Below are positions 1 through 13,700 of a stretch of 64,000 bases of DNA, piece after piece. The position numbers and the translations under genes are program-made. Position 1 is the first letter of the stretch; each line of letters starts with the position of its first letter. The notes under the pieces were generated by a model that worked only from the letters and a program-made list of their open reading frames with translations, was not told where the DNA came from and searched no databases. The DNA comes from Phoronis australis (lineage: Eukaryota; Animalia; Phoronida), in contig NMRA01000024.1 of NCBI GenBank assembly GCA_002633005.1, positions 955,786-1,019,785 on the forward strand. The letters run 5' to 3'.

Positions 1-316
1 GTGTTGGGTAGTGGTGAAGAGGTCATGTGACCGGCAGATATTGCAAAAATGGCAGGACACCGCCCTCTGTGCATGATCCTCAGTATTTAAGTGTCAAAAA
101 TCGAAAAATTAAGCCGCTTACGCATATGAAATCGGTCTGACACCTAACTCAAGGCTTGATTTCAAAACCATTGACGACTCGATAAACCCTTCAGCTCGAG
201 TTGGCCAAATCTCAAAATTGCAAATTCGATAATGGCACAAGCGAGTATGCATTTATTACCTGTAGCCTGAGATACCGAGGCATTCAACAAAAATTCGGTA
301 TCGGATAAGTGTAATT

Positions 317-880
317 ATGGTTTTTAACCCCAAAATACTTCCGTTAAGAATTCAACTGTATGAATCTCTGTTGGAGACAAAACGTAATAAGACGCCTGGT
401 AATGGTGGCATCAGCTGTGAATTTTATAAAACCTTTTGGAAGGTAATTAAAGACGATTTATTGGTGAGTGTCACATACAGCTTTGGAAACCGTCACATGT
501 CCAATTCTCAAAAGCAAGGCCAAAAAGTAAACAGTCCGAGGAATTACTATCTTGAGACAATTGCAGACCTATCTCTCTTTTGAACTGTGACTATAAATTA
601 ATAACTAAAACAATCTCAAACAAAATATATTGACTATTTCATTCATTCAGATCAAACATCCTACCTGAAACGTTATCGGCCAACATATATACATTTAATT
701 GACGATGTTTGAGTTTTATAACAGGAAGCACACACCCCTCCCTAATCACATTGTATTCCTCGATTGAAGAAAGCGTGTAATACTTAATGTTTGGATTTTG
801 TATTTCTCAATCCTTAAAAGCTTTTCATTTGTGTGACGTTCTTATCAATAGAATCCGCACATTGTATTAAAATAATTAAA
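317..880 (+). mobile_element. Decayed non-LTR retrotransposon (L1/Tx1-like) reverse transcriptase fragment
   Basis: ORF 317..583 contains NKTPGNGGISCEFYKTFW, like the KSPGxDG..EFY motif. After frameshifts, RPISLLNCDYKLITKTISN (about 565-620) and IHSDQT (about 640-658) follow. These are the N-terminal RT motifs of LINE ORF2. Confidence 0.8.
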
Positions 881-1760
881 CAATATACACGATACTTTTT
901 AACCCCTTCTGTCTTATTGTAAGAAAATTGACACCTAACGTTAACGTAAAGTTAAACAAATGGAGTGAATGCGAGACGTGAATGGGTGTATGAAAGGCAC
1001 CCCCCTTTCCCTTTCTTCTCTCCCTTTTTATAATAATGTCATGCTAATTATTCTCCCAATCGCTATCAGTAATTTTCAAAATACTTGTTCTATATGATGT
1101 ACTGTTCTTTATGTGGTAAGGACATATAGCTGAAGTCACCCAACACCAGCCATAACCACTAATCATTAATAATAAGGCTTCTGGGTAAATAAATGTATTA
1201 AAAAATGAAATGCCCATTAAGATTTACTTGAGCTCTACACAAAATCCAAACATGTCAATGCATGAAAATTTGGTTTGTTTTAACATGTAACTTCTTGCAT
1301 AGAACACCCACTGCAACAGAATAATGGACCAAAAACAATCGACAAACAGTGATATTATTTTTACAAGAACAACTGGTAACTTTTTATTAATTATTAAAAT
1401 TATATAATTTTTATTGCAGTTGCCTCACCCCATACAGACTATTGGAGCAAGACCAACCAGCTTCAATTTGAATGAAGGACAAGTATGCGACGACGCTACT
1501 TTGAAAGTATAAATTCGCCAGCTAAGAAATTTGTTGTTTTCAACACCAAAACATGATTTACTGTATCATTAAATTAAGCAATTTTACAAAAACACTGCCT
1601 CGTTTCATCATATCAATGGCTTTCTTTTAATCTGTAAATCTTGAATAAAACACACAACGTCCAATTCCAAATATCACTATGCGGAGATCTCGTTCTTTTC
1701 AACAAATGTAATCTTCTATTGTCGCCTTTTATAATAAAGGGTCAAGGTCACAATGCAACA

Positions 1761-4700
1761 TCATTTGCGGCTGGACGTCTTTGCGTGCTTAAACTTTTTC
1801 GTCTTTAACTTTCCACCAAGTTTTGAAACAACGCCATGTTTTTTCTTAGAAAACTTAAAGCGTTTATCGTCTGATTTCCGAGGTTGGCGATTAGAATTAC
1901 TCCCATGACCAGAATCTGGATGCTTGTTTTGAGGGAAACTTTTGTTGGGACCGCTGAGCTTGGGTCTCTTGCGTCGCATAAAACTTTTGTCTGTGTTCTT
2001 CCTCTTCCTTCCGGCAGTGGGAAACAACTCTGCATGGAAATGAAACAAATTCAGTAGTTGTGAAACAAAGTCGTGAGGATGCAAACTTCACTGAACACTA
2101 AGACACCAAGGATGAAAGAAAGCAAACAATAATTATGAGACAGAAAAAACAGAAAATGAATAAAAACGTGAAAGACCCAAAGTCCCTTAAATGTTGCCAA
2201 TTAATACAAAGGGAGAACAATTAAGAAAACATTGAAACAATTAACTGACTGGGTGAATAACGGTGTTGTGCAAGTAGTGCCTTTATTTGATTTATTAAGC
2301 ACTCAATTGAAGCATTTTCTTTAAAAAAACAATAAGCCATCAAAGACTCAAATCACAAAACTAAGGTTTATGTTCTTCATCCAAGTTTTTTGTTTTGGCG
2401 TAAATACATTGCCTTTGAAAGTAGCTGATTTCTATACAATATCAACATTTACCGTTTTGGGGTCTGAACTATGTGTCTAGAGGTAACTGATTTTTATACA
2501 AGATCAGTACGTACAGTAATACTCCTTCTTCAAGCCTAAACTGAATAAATGATACAGCAACAAAATTACCCGAGTCAGGTTCCACTCCAACTTCGTCTCT
2601 GTAATATTCCCGATCATCATCATCTGAGGAAGCACCCGCCTCACCTTCAACTGAACACAGATTACAGTAAAATATTGATATACGTTCATTTAGCAATTTT
2701 GCGGGTCAGTTATTGACATTAACATGAATAACTTGACTATATTGATGTACACAACCAGGCACCTATTCGTAAACCAGTTTGAGGGAACGTCTCATAAAAC
2801 TTTAGTTTCTGAGTTACAGTGTGATCTGGTGGGACAAACCTCATGAAAAAAAAATTATTTGAAAAAGTCACAGCTATTGAGATTAGAGTGCTTGATAAAG
2901 AACAATCCTTGTTTGAGAGGAGGCCTCACAAGAGGAAAGTTAAGACTCATTCCCTGCACAGGCATGCCAAGTGAGATTTGTTCAAACTGGGTGATTCCTG
3001 ATTCAGGGCCCTGTAGTTAATATCCAGGAAGAGAGAGTGCTATGCACTTTGGCGAGACGCTGAAACAAACAGTTCTCGAGTGGAGGGAAGGGTTCAGTTC
3101 AGCATTACCAGGCGAACACTTCTCTTAAATGTTTTCCAGAAGACTAGAATTATGATTCACCTGGTTACATAACAATGTTCATTATCTAGGATAACTTCTA
3201 TTTGGAGACGAAGGAATAAATTTTGTCAGCAATTCAAAATAACACATACGTGTTTGTACTAATGTATATGATTAACAAAATGTTATAAAAAATTTATTGG
3301 CAAAAAAGACAATCGTACACACATATTCAAGGTTGGGTTTCAAACCACGAAACCTACAGTTGTGAACATAACTTTCAAGTAATAGTAGACAACACATACT
3401 GAGCGCATCTTCCGTGGTTTTACTGGAGACATTCTGACTCTTGCGTCGGAGTTCCTGTCTCTCCCGCTCTCTCTTTTCAATTCTCGCCTGCTGTTCACTT
3501 CTTCGCTGCGCCTTCAGCAAGCTGTGGAAAATTGTTGAAATTCATGCACATCCTATCATTCCGTAGACATACAAGACAAGTTTTACAAGCAGAGCAGAGA
3601 CCTGACAGCACTTAGGTCGATGCGTCTATAGTTGAAATGGTGCATTGTATCAGAAACGCATTTTTGCTCACATGTTTTGCCTCAATTGCAGGCGTAGATG
3701 TCCCTAGTACAGGTGAATGACAGGATGTGTTTGTACGATTTTACTTCATCTCAGAGCGTTTCAATGACTACTCAATCATAAATAGAAAGCAAATTCACAT
3801 CCTCTACACTGGATAACTTCTATAACTTTGCCATCATTCATGAAATATTAAATTTGTGCCTTAGTTCGACAGAAATGTTTCACCGGTGCACGTACACATC
3901 AATTGAATATCTTAGAGTTTTGGACTCAAATAAAGGTTTCTTACTCGTTTTCATATCATTATACAGGCAAAGTCTCGCAATTAACAAGCACACACGTTTA
4001 CCAAAAATCACCCATAGATGGCGTCATCATGACAATGACTGACATACCGTTTCTTCTCGTGCATAGCTTTGATGCTGACTATCTCATCCTCTGTTTTCTC
4101 CACCAGTCTGTGATACAACACGTCGCCCTTGCTGATGCCCTCTTCCACCTTCATCAGTTGTAACGTCATCCTAGGGCCTATCTCAGTAAGCCTGCAATAC
4201 AACAGTCAAGCAAACATGGCACAGGTGCATTGTTCACTTAGAGCTTCAGTTCATACTGGACTATGCTTCTTGTAGACAGAATTTGTTGAATTATTTTGCA
4301 ATTATGAGGTTGGAAGAAGTCCTTTATAAAACTGTTTAATGTTATGAATGCAAAGTCGCTCAAGGAAATCTGTTTACAAGAGGATTAATCCAAGTTTGCA
4401 TAATCAGCAACAGCCACATTGTGGGATCCAACCAGACTGAGAGATTCTATCTGAAAAAAGCAAAATCCAGTGTGTCTGAAGGACCCAACTAAAGGGGTTT
4501 TTCACCTTACTTAATACCGTACAAATTCAACAGAATTTTAATGTGTATCATGAATGTCCCCCATTCAATAAAGTTAAAACTTGCACTAGAGTACAAAGTG
4601 ATAATCATTGCTAACATTATACAACCTTTCAGATGTTGGACCCCTTCAGTAGCAAATTGATGACATCAAATGACTACATGACATCACAAACTGATGACAT

Positions 4701-7700
4701 CATATCATAGACTGCATAGCATCACAAACTGATGACATCATTGATTGTATGACATCAAACATTGTTGATAATATTCATAGCAAAGTAAAGCAATATAACT
4801 GAACTTCGGTGATTTTGTAACTTTGTGGAGAATCTGGAGAACCAAAACAGTAGCAGACCTTGCCACCCTCTACAGGGATTTAGTTTAACTAAAACTGACC
4901 AGACTAAAAGTTAGAGGCCCATATTTTTTGAAGGCTATGAATGGCCAACATAATGAAGAGATGGAGTCACACCAGGTAACAGGAACAGGTACGTATCTGA
5001 ATAAATGGTCGTTGTACTTAGAACGATATTGTTACCAATAAACATTATAGAGAAAAGGAAATTTGTGGAAGGAAAATGTGCAACTTAATAGTAAGTTCAC
5101 CGAAAGCATGCTGTAAGCGTAGTCATCCATTCAAAAGAATTGACTTTCGTGCAGAAGAATTCAAAGACATATCATTGAAGCCATGACATACAAATCTGGT
5201 CTTGCCAATACTGCAAAATTATTAATTTTCAAAAATTGTATTACTACTGCAGTACAAACTAGATTAAAAATGCGTTGCCCACTCTGTGTTCAGCTTTGAT
5301 TATGGTTTACCGTCGTAAACCCAGTCAGTCGTCAAGAGACAGTTAACCTTTCACATAAAAACTTCATTTCCCGCAACAGAATTATAATAAAATCAGTGAA
5401 ATGTTCAGATATGTGATCAATCTTGATAAAAAATGCTTGAGTCGTCCTCATTTCCACAGAATAGAATCAGCACATTACAATAAAAAAAAACGCCAATCTC
5501 GCTGCGCGTACTTGAATCGGTCACATTTTCAGTCGAATACTTCAGTTTCCTGCAATACGATTATAACACTGAGTGGCCAGTTGGGCAACAGAACTAGTGA
5601 AATAAGTCACCTTGCGTGACTGGGTGACAGCATTCCCCGCTCTATCAGCATCCATTTTGTTTTTCAAACATTCTGTATGACAAAGAACACCACGCCCAGT
5701 GAGTGAACTACAGCCAGCATGACTCACCGTATGGCACTCTTGGCTGACTTCATGTTACCCCTGCTGGACATCTCCTGTGGCAAAACCACTTCCTCGGTGT
5801 CTAGCTCACCTTCACTCTCTGATAATTGACCACTTCTGCAATACATGGAAACACCGGTCACTAACTGCACACCGTCACACAACGTACCAATGGCAGTAGC
5901 TGTTTACTAAATATAAAGCCTTGTGCCGGCGTGGGTAAAAAACTGGCGAAATAAAATCCTTGAGTAAGCTAAATTATTTACTCGTGTTGGGAAGATTGGC
6001 GTTCCACCATTATCCTGCTGGCTAAGTTGTGGAGTGATCTTATGCATCGGCTTTCGGCGCCATGAAATATAGCGTCTTCTATTGGGCCCTTTTCTTATTT
6101 TGCCAATTCTTCAGTCAACGGTTCTTCTTCCACGAGGTTGTGTATGTGCCACAACAAATTATCAGAACTGGTTTCATTTCATTATAAGTTTTAGTACTCC
6201 AATATCAACAACCGAATTTAAGAACAAAGTTTGTTGCTTTGGAGCTGCCATCTTCTCCCAAAAGATGTCACTAAAAATTAGGAAATGGCTCGTGTGCGTG
6301 TCACGAGAGTAGTTTTCAAAACGATGATAGACTTTTCTTTGCTACAAAAGGCAGAGAATTGTGCAAGCAAATGACATTGATTAGACTGTTTTCCACTTTA
6401 ACGGCTGCAACGGGTGAGTGTCACTTGACTCCCAGATTTTGCATGCACCCCGCCGGTCATTAGCTCTACACATTGATGTAAGATTCATGACAAGAAGATG
6501 AGCAGAATTACCCAGGCTGTGTAAAATTTCAGAGTCCAACGGAGCTCACCTAGCTGTATTTTGATGACAGTCTTCATACAGGTAGCTGGCAGGCTATAAT
6601 GACAGCACCACCTTCTAACCAAATATGACTGCTACACATATCTCACTGCATATGACACCCATTACAACACTTGACTCCAAATTTTGTTTACAAAAAACAA
6701 AGGTCACTGAATTGGTCCTTGAAGATAAAATCCAAATGGAACAGTGATAACGTTTAGATATCAGCCAATAAACAAATTTGCATTGTGGACTTGGTAGGTT
6801 GGACACTTTCCATGTCTAAAACACCAATACAGTAGGGGTTTGAACATCTGAAAGCTATTATTGAATGACTTGCATAAAGGAACAAGATCGATAAATAAAA
6901 ATATAGGAACCTCATTCGAACACATCAAATCACTTACAAAGAATGATCGGAAATTAAGGCACCCAATGAGTACAGTACTGTTCAGTTCATGACTGTTTTG
7001 TCAGAACAGGTGGCAACAACGCAACACCAAGCCATCCAGCAGATCCCACACCATGTACCAGCCTTCCGCTGCTGCCACCTAGCCCGTAGTGTAGACATTC
7101 AGGTCTCAAACCTATTGACAAAACATTAATCTACGCTCTACTGCTACAATAAATATTAAATCACGTCACAACAGAAGGTGGCGCTTACTTCATGACGTAT
7201 TCGCTGACATCCTCATAGCGTGACATATCGGGTATCTTGGCTGCCACCAGTTTCTTCACAGATCTACTCATTCCGGTTGGTACAGCTCTGATGTTGCTGC
7301 AAGAAAATGATAGTGTAATTAAAACCCATGCTGACAAAATTTGTGCACAATAAATAACCAAGAGTGGTCACAACTGAGCCGTAAACACTATCCTTCAAAG
7401 GGTGTCTAACACACACACGCACACACACGCATGCAGCCAGACACACACACACCCAATAGCTAAGGTAAGGTGGAAATTGCTGCTCTGTGCATGACAATGA
7501 ACAGCTGATGTCAATTTGACATGCAAAAGCAGTCCCGTCTGCATGTAACCGCAGCCGATAATCACTTCCGCCTTGCCCCAGGTTTGCGGCCACACAGCGA
7601 CTAGAACTGGCACAAGTTACCCTAGAATAAGTTACTATACGTCAATAAGGTGGTGCAAGTTGTCACAAGTGGGGTAAGTTGCACTAGTATAAATAGCATC

Positions 7701-10700
7701 CACACAGCCTCACAGGAGTAACTTGTTCTAGGCTAAGTCTGTGTGTGGATGGCACATATGTCAAGATCCATCAAAAAGTCTGTCCAGCCATTTTTACAAT
7801 AATCAAAGAACAAAAAATATCATGTTAAAAACTACGGGCGATTTCCACAGTCCCTCCCAAATAGAAGGCTGTGGGGCTATATTCAGAAAATCTTTTGACT
7901 ATAGGGCAATGGGCCTACTTTTCGAGCCAAATTAAAAAATATCCAAAGTTTATAACGTTGCAGTGTACATTTTAACAAGGTATTGTAGACCTGAACGAGT
8001 ATCGTATTCAACATTTAAGTACACAGTGCCCATGAAAAATGAATCCTCTCAAATTAAAATGCTGCAGCAGATGAAAGAAGAGATTTTCTGAGATAACCCC
8101 ATCACAAAACTGAACCCACAACCTCAGAGGTCGCAGTCTAAACCCATGCTGGTGGAACTAAACCGCACTCAATAAATGACCGAGTATTTTAAGCCTATTT
8201 AAAGGTGCAATGTCTCGTTAATACCGTGAATATTTAAAGTTGTACTGCCACCTAGTTACTACCCGGAGAACTATGTGTACAAGAATAATCAGGAAAAGAA
8301 ACAACTTGTACAAAAGTTGCGTTTTTAAAGAAAAACCGATGTACTTAAAACAGGTGTGAATACATAAAAAACCTAGTAACTCCAAATACTACACAATCAT
8401 TATTTGATAGCGAAGTAAACACATAATAAAAACTGTGCCTTGTTTCATTAGGATAACGATGAAATATTACCATACTCATTTACATAAAAATAGTCGGATA
8501 GTTTTCGGTACACTGGAGGACCCGGGGTTGTTTGTAAATTAGTACTTAATTTGCATATTCACAATTAATGAGACTATGCACTTTTAACTGGTACTCACTG
8601 GCCTTAACTTCAGCAAATGATTGGCAGACAACGGAAAGAACTGGCGATTTGTAATAAAATCACTAAAAATATATTCAGTTGTTTTATAGTTCTAGCAATA
8701 GTCAATAACTTCAAGACGTCCATCCAACAATTCCAAAAATGCATTTTCCAGGACCATGTCCCTTTAATCAACAAAGAGCCAAACTAATACCCATTCAAAG
8801 TGGCCAGAACTTATATCGTACCCCTTGTTTCTAGTTGCAACATCAGACCTGAATATTCAGTAATATATTTAGATCAGTACACATGCGTGTAAAACAAATA
8901 CGCATCAACATAACATGTAACGACACTGTGTCCAACTTACTAGTGACGAAATTCTAGTGTTTCGTTTTCCCGGTCATAATTTAGAAGGAGGCATCTCCGT
9001 ATGTCATTCAGTTTTACCTAAAATACAGAACATTAAATACATATCTATTAAATGGGTAAATGCACCTCTAAGCAAATTTTTAAAAACCAAATTTTCTACA
9101 AAATCTGCTAAATATCATGTTTCAGTAAATGAGTCCATGATGGAAATATTAATCTATGAAAAAGTAGCATTCTGCTGACCAAGCCTTCAAGACAGAAAAA
9201 CAAGATCTTGCAGGACCTCACAAAATCACACGAATGAAAGGCAAGTGCTTTGCGAGTATGTTCGGTAGCTTTAGTAGTTTATCCTAGCAAAATGGCAGCC
9301 ACCGAAGAGGTTGGTCATTAAAGTTGGAATGTTGAAGTTTGGTACTGAAGTCATGAATTACGGGAAAGAGTTCAGTAAGCGAAGACTTTTCACCCCAAGT
9401 TCAAGGTAATGTCCGAGTTTACTGAATGCTGTACTGTGCTCCACTTGTTCAGACAGGGTACTGGCATGTGAGTGGAGGAAAAACATCAAGACACGGGTAA
9501 CCATACATTGTGACCTATGACCTTCATTGTGACCTATGACCTTCATTGTGACCTATGACCTTACGCCACTTTCTGGCTCAGTATCACAAGGCTTGCACTT
9601 CGTCAATGTAAGGGTCTGTCCGTGCGTCGCAAAGCACCATTTAACGAGATCGTAACCCTTTAGTGGCCAGTTTCCTTAATTTTTAGTTTTAAATTCGCTA
9701 AATGAAAACAAAAATTTAACCAAAACTAAAACATATCATTTTATATTGTTATCCAACTTGCTTAAAATTTTCTAAATTTGTTCACCAAGACATTTAAATG
9801 ATGCTCATAGGAGGAGACTTTGCGAAAGACTGGAGATGTTTCGAAGAAGCCAGACAAACTCTTGTATCTGCACAATAAGAATGTGTGTCATGTCCCTTAG
9901 TGGAGTTACTCGATAGCTAAATTAATCCCATAAAGCATGGCACGTTGTCGCACCCCAACTCAGTCAACATGATAATGAAAATGAATTCCTCTTCAGTTAT
10001 CAGAAATTTGAATCAAACAGATCTGAACTGCCGAAGAGAACTGTCTTCGCTTTAGATCACTGATCGCTAAAAACTGGTCTGGTCCTTGCTTCAAGGGTGA
10101 GCAGACTCTGGGTTTGAAAAGACCTGACTGTGTCTTATAGCTTGAGACAACGGTCAGCGCCTAAAATGACTCGTGACGATAAACCAACTTATTGAGCTTA
10201 ATCCCAAACAGTAACGCCTTTTGGTTGTTTTCAAGCCCAGAAATTCCATCTCGTTTGAGTAAAGTGAGTGGATGGCTGGCGGGAATGTGGATTTGTAGCA
10301 GCTTTAACTTGTACCTGTGCGACAATAAAAGACATTATGTCCACAACTTTGTTACACCAGACTGTAGAGGGAGCTCACTGCAAGCCAGTCACATAGTTAG
10401 TTCTCAGTAATTTCTCAGAACAACTGGCTAAAACTGAGTAGGAATCAAACAAATCATGAACACAATTGGGGTTAGAACCCTATGGACCGTGCCTGATTTC
10501 ACTCGCCCCAGTCCATTTTAGAACGACTTCTGCATTCTGTGAATGGGTTTGTCGTCGTAAGATTTATAACACATGGTACTCACAAAGAATTTCTCCATAA
10601 CATCCTTCAACATAGAAGGGCGTTATGACGACAAGCAGTTTCTAGGCTTGAGAAGAACCGACGGGGTGTGTCATTTTAGGCTGAGACATAATCAACCAAT

Positions 10701-13700
10701 CAGATTCACTGACCCTCATCTTGACAACACGTGCCCCAAACGCAACATTAGTTTGAGAATCTATGCTGATGAGAGGATTCGAAAACTTAAATTTTATTCA
10801 GTACAAAAAATATAGTTCACAACTGATACCTACTTTATTGATGTTAATGGACGGGAACATGTTCTGGAACACGCTGGCGACCAGCTTGAAGTGAGCGCCC
10901 TCTCCAGTCATATTGTTCATCACCAGCAGGGGGTGGTGCTGGAACTGTTTGGGCTCCATATTGGGTTTCTTCAGAGAGTTGATCACGTCACGTGACAATG
11001 TGTACGACTTCACTACAGAAAAAAACAAGAGGAGTCTGCATCCCCCGAGCTAACAATGGGCCAAATTAATTCATCTCAATGTGCTGAATTTTAATTTCAA
11101 TGATAATTTGACAAAGGAACCTACATCAATTCCTTAATTTCAGAATAATCAATTATATGTTAATAAGCGTCCAGTTATGGAGATGAGAATAACTATAACT
11201 AGATTAGTTTCAAAGATGACGTAATTTCAGACACTGAAAAGTTTAACAAATTTAGAAGTTTTCATACAAATTGAGACCAAGATTGTGACATCGAAACAAA
11301 CTAGAATTAAAAAATAATCAAAGAGTTGTCCAAAACTATGTCAAAAGAAACAAAAGCCAGAGAGTGCGAAATTTTCTGTCAAGTTCTGGTGTCCACTTTA
11401 GAGATGATTGTCCAAAATTAATGCATTAGTAGTTGTCATACCTTTAAAGGTTAAGGTTGGTCCATGCGGTGTGCGCGCTATCCTCAGATTGACAGAGACG
11501 TCTGTTTTGGAGAACATGAGAATATGACTAACGTGGAATACACCAGCAATGCTGACAAAGTCTTTCAGCACATTTTTCTTCCTCGTCTAAAAAGGTGAGA
11601 CAGTAAAATCATACACATATCAGTATAGAAATTAGTTTACCGCATGCCCTTTTAAAAACATTTGCAACATTTTAACCCCGTCACTGTCAAGTTTTTAAAA
11701 ACTATATTACCCGAATGCTAATTATAACAGGGTACATATCAAAATGTAACATTTATAACGTCATACCTTGAGAAGATATTTGCCAGGTAAAATATTCAAT
11801 ATTTCAGGTGAAAAAACACTCAAAAACTATCAAAAATTTTCATTGAAAAATTCTGTTTGGTAGAAATACATACTTCGCCAGCCCAGGTTTGTATTTCATT
11901 GCACATTTCAAACTCAGATCCTGAATCGAGAATCATTTCGTATTTGAGTAGTTAAAAATCGACGTCAGATATTTTAGAGCCCACCGCATCTATTGCATTT
12001 CAAAAGGTAATTTTTCAGAAATTTCTTCAAAGAATGGGAGAAAATCAAAAAAACTTTCGGTTGGAGTTTGGTAAAACTGCCATGATAATGTCTTGAAATG
12101 GTTATCTATCTCGTGAAATTTAAGATCATGAAGGAAGTTTGAGGAAATAATCCTTACAGCTCTTGCCAAATGTTAGCGTCATCACTGTTTTGGTAATTAT
12201 AAGTAAATCCAAAGAATAAATTGTAATTCATTCATACATTAACTGATAATTCATTAATATTCAGAATATTGTTGATTGTTTGAAAGTGACATATTTGTAA
12301 GTATGTCACCTTTAGTTTCGAAGCAGTATAAGGCTCCAGCACCCGCCTAACATCGTGAATCAGCTCTTGAACATTCTTGCCCACTGGGCCACGATTGATT
12401 ACAAACGAGTGTGGTGCTGACTTCAGCGCCTCCTCTTGTTCACCTTTCTGTTTAGATCGAGATTTCTTCGCAGACTTGCCCTGTGCAAAAAACAAAGCAA
12501 ACTTAATACAAAAATACAGAAATTCAACAAAATATGATATTTGATGGTGTAGCCGTGTCATCATTTTTGTCCCGATCAGGTGATCAGGATGACGTCTAAG
12601 AATATTTCAGCAAGATAATCACAAAATTGGGACCCTGGCGTGATAATACGGTACAAGCGGTGGAGTAGGCAGTGGCACATCCCCTCATGCCATGTAGGCC
12701 AACAGATCGTGAGTAAAATACTCTGGTTAAGTCACATCCCTATATAATCACAATTCAAGCAGAGGTACATCTCAGCAGGCTGTGGATGTCTTTAAATCCT
12801 TCCAACTCGAACAAAAGCTTTGGGAAATAGGATTTTGTTCAAATATATCACTTCGTTTGTGAATAAAATCGTGAACGGCCCATTTTTGTTGTGTGATTGC
12901 ATCACTGTGCATAACTATTGCATGTTAATTTTTTAATCATATCAAAGTTGACTTCCAAGAAAGTACAAGCCAGCACCAGACAGGTTATCCAATCGGATCG
13001 CTTAAATTCGAGTTCTGGTTGCCAGGATCGTTACTCTCATCCCTCGGCAAAATGGCATGTGACCCTAGTATTAGCTCGAGTCTTTTTCCTGTCGAAAAGT
13101 ACTAATTAAAATGTGACTTTGATGGTTTAGCCAGAGTGAGGCATAATTACCCGGTAACTGAAAATCTTCGGGCATATTGTCTATCAGTAGAAGAGCTAAT
13201 TGATTCTCAAATCAGAATTTCACAGTAACTGGTGAATTTCACTTTATCAGGAGAATTTTACTGGCTTGTGGATGCACATATCTCCCGTTCAGGAAATTTT
13301 GGTATCACCTAAAAATCAATTTTTGTTATTCCCACAAAAATGATTTGGTTATTGTTGAATTTTGGTTAAAAAGAACATTTTAAAATTTATTGCAGGTTTG
13401 TAGACTCTCGGTTTTATTGTACAATGGCGTTTACCATCTACTATGATGGTTGATTTTTAGTACTGTTAGGATAAATGCTTTCAGCATGACCTGAAGAGGT
13501 GACCAGTCAGTCAAAGCGAATTCCCGTGGTCAGTCCTAGTAATTTTTTGCAATCTATTCAAAGGTGCCAAACTTGAACTTCCCCGATTGAATACTTTTCC
13601 TTTTGACACTTCATAAAATTCACAAACCCTACTGAGAGAATATCTCCAAATTAACTACTAGTATTGTTCCATCACTGACTATGGTTGTTGATTTACAGTA

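Noticed and set aside
2997-3112. Second C/D-like candidate in PPAN intron 9 (CCTGGT a ATGCTGA ... CTGA ATCAGG)
   Set aside because: The box C variant ATGCTGA breaks the tandem G-A pair needed for the kink-turn. The possible guide is short and the segment may lie within an old MITE (about 2755-3164).
5529-5655. ATGCTGA...CTGA segment with a GTCAC/GTGAC hairpin in PPAN intron 7
   Set aside because: Same defective box C, and no recognisable guide.
9506-9562. Possible CRISPR-like array
   Set aside because: The repeats are contiguous with no spacers and the context is eukaryotic.
9645-9665. TAACCCT motif as a possible telomerase RNA template
   Set aside because: Only 7 nt, shorter than the roughly 1.5 repeats expected, with no evident pseudoknot or H/ACA context.
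9910-10330. Acceptor-like site at about 10315 in PPAN intron 4, suggesting a poison exon or nested gene
   Set aside because: No convincing donor or recognisable protein. It cannot be supported without RNA data.
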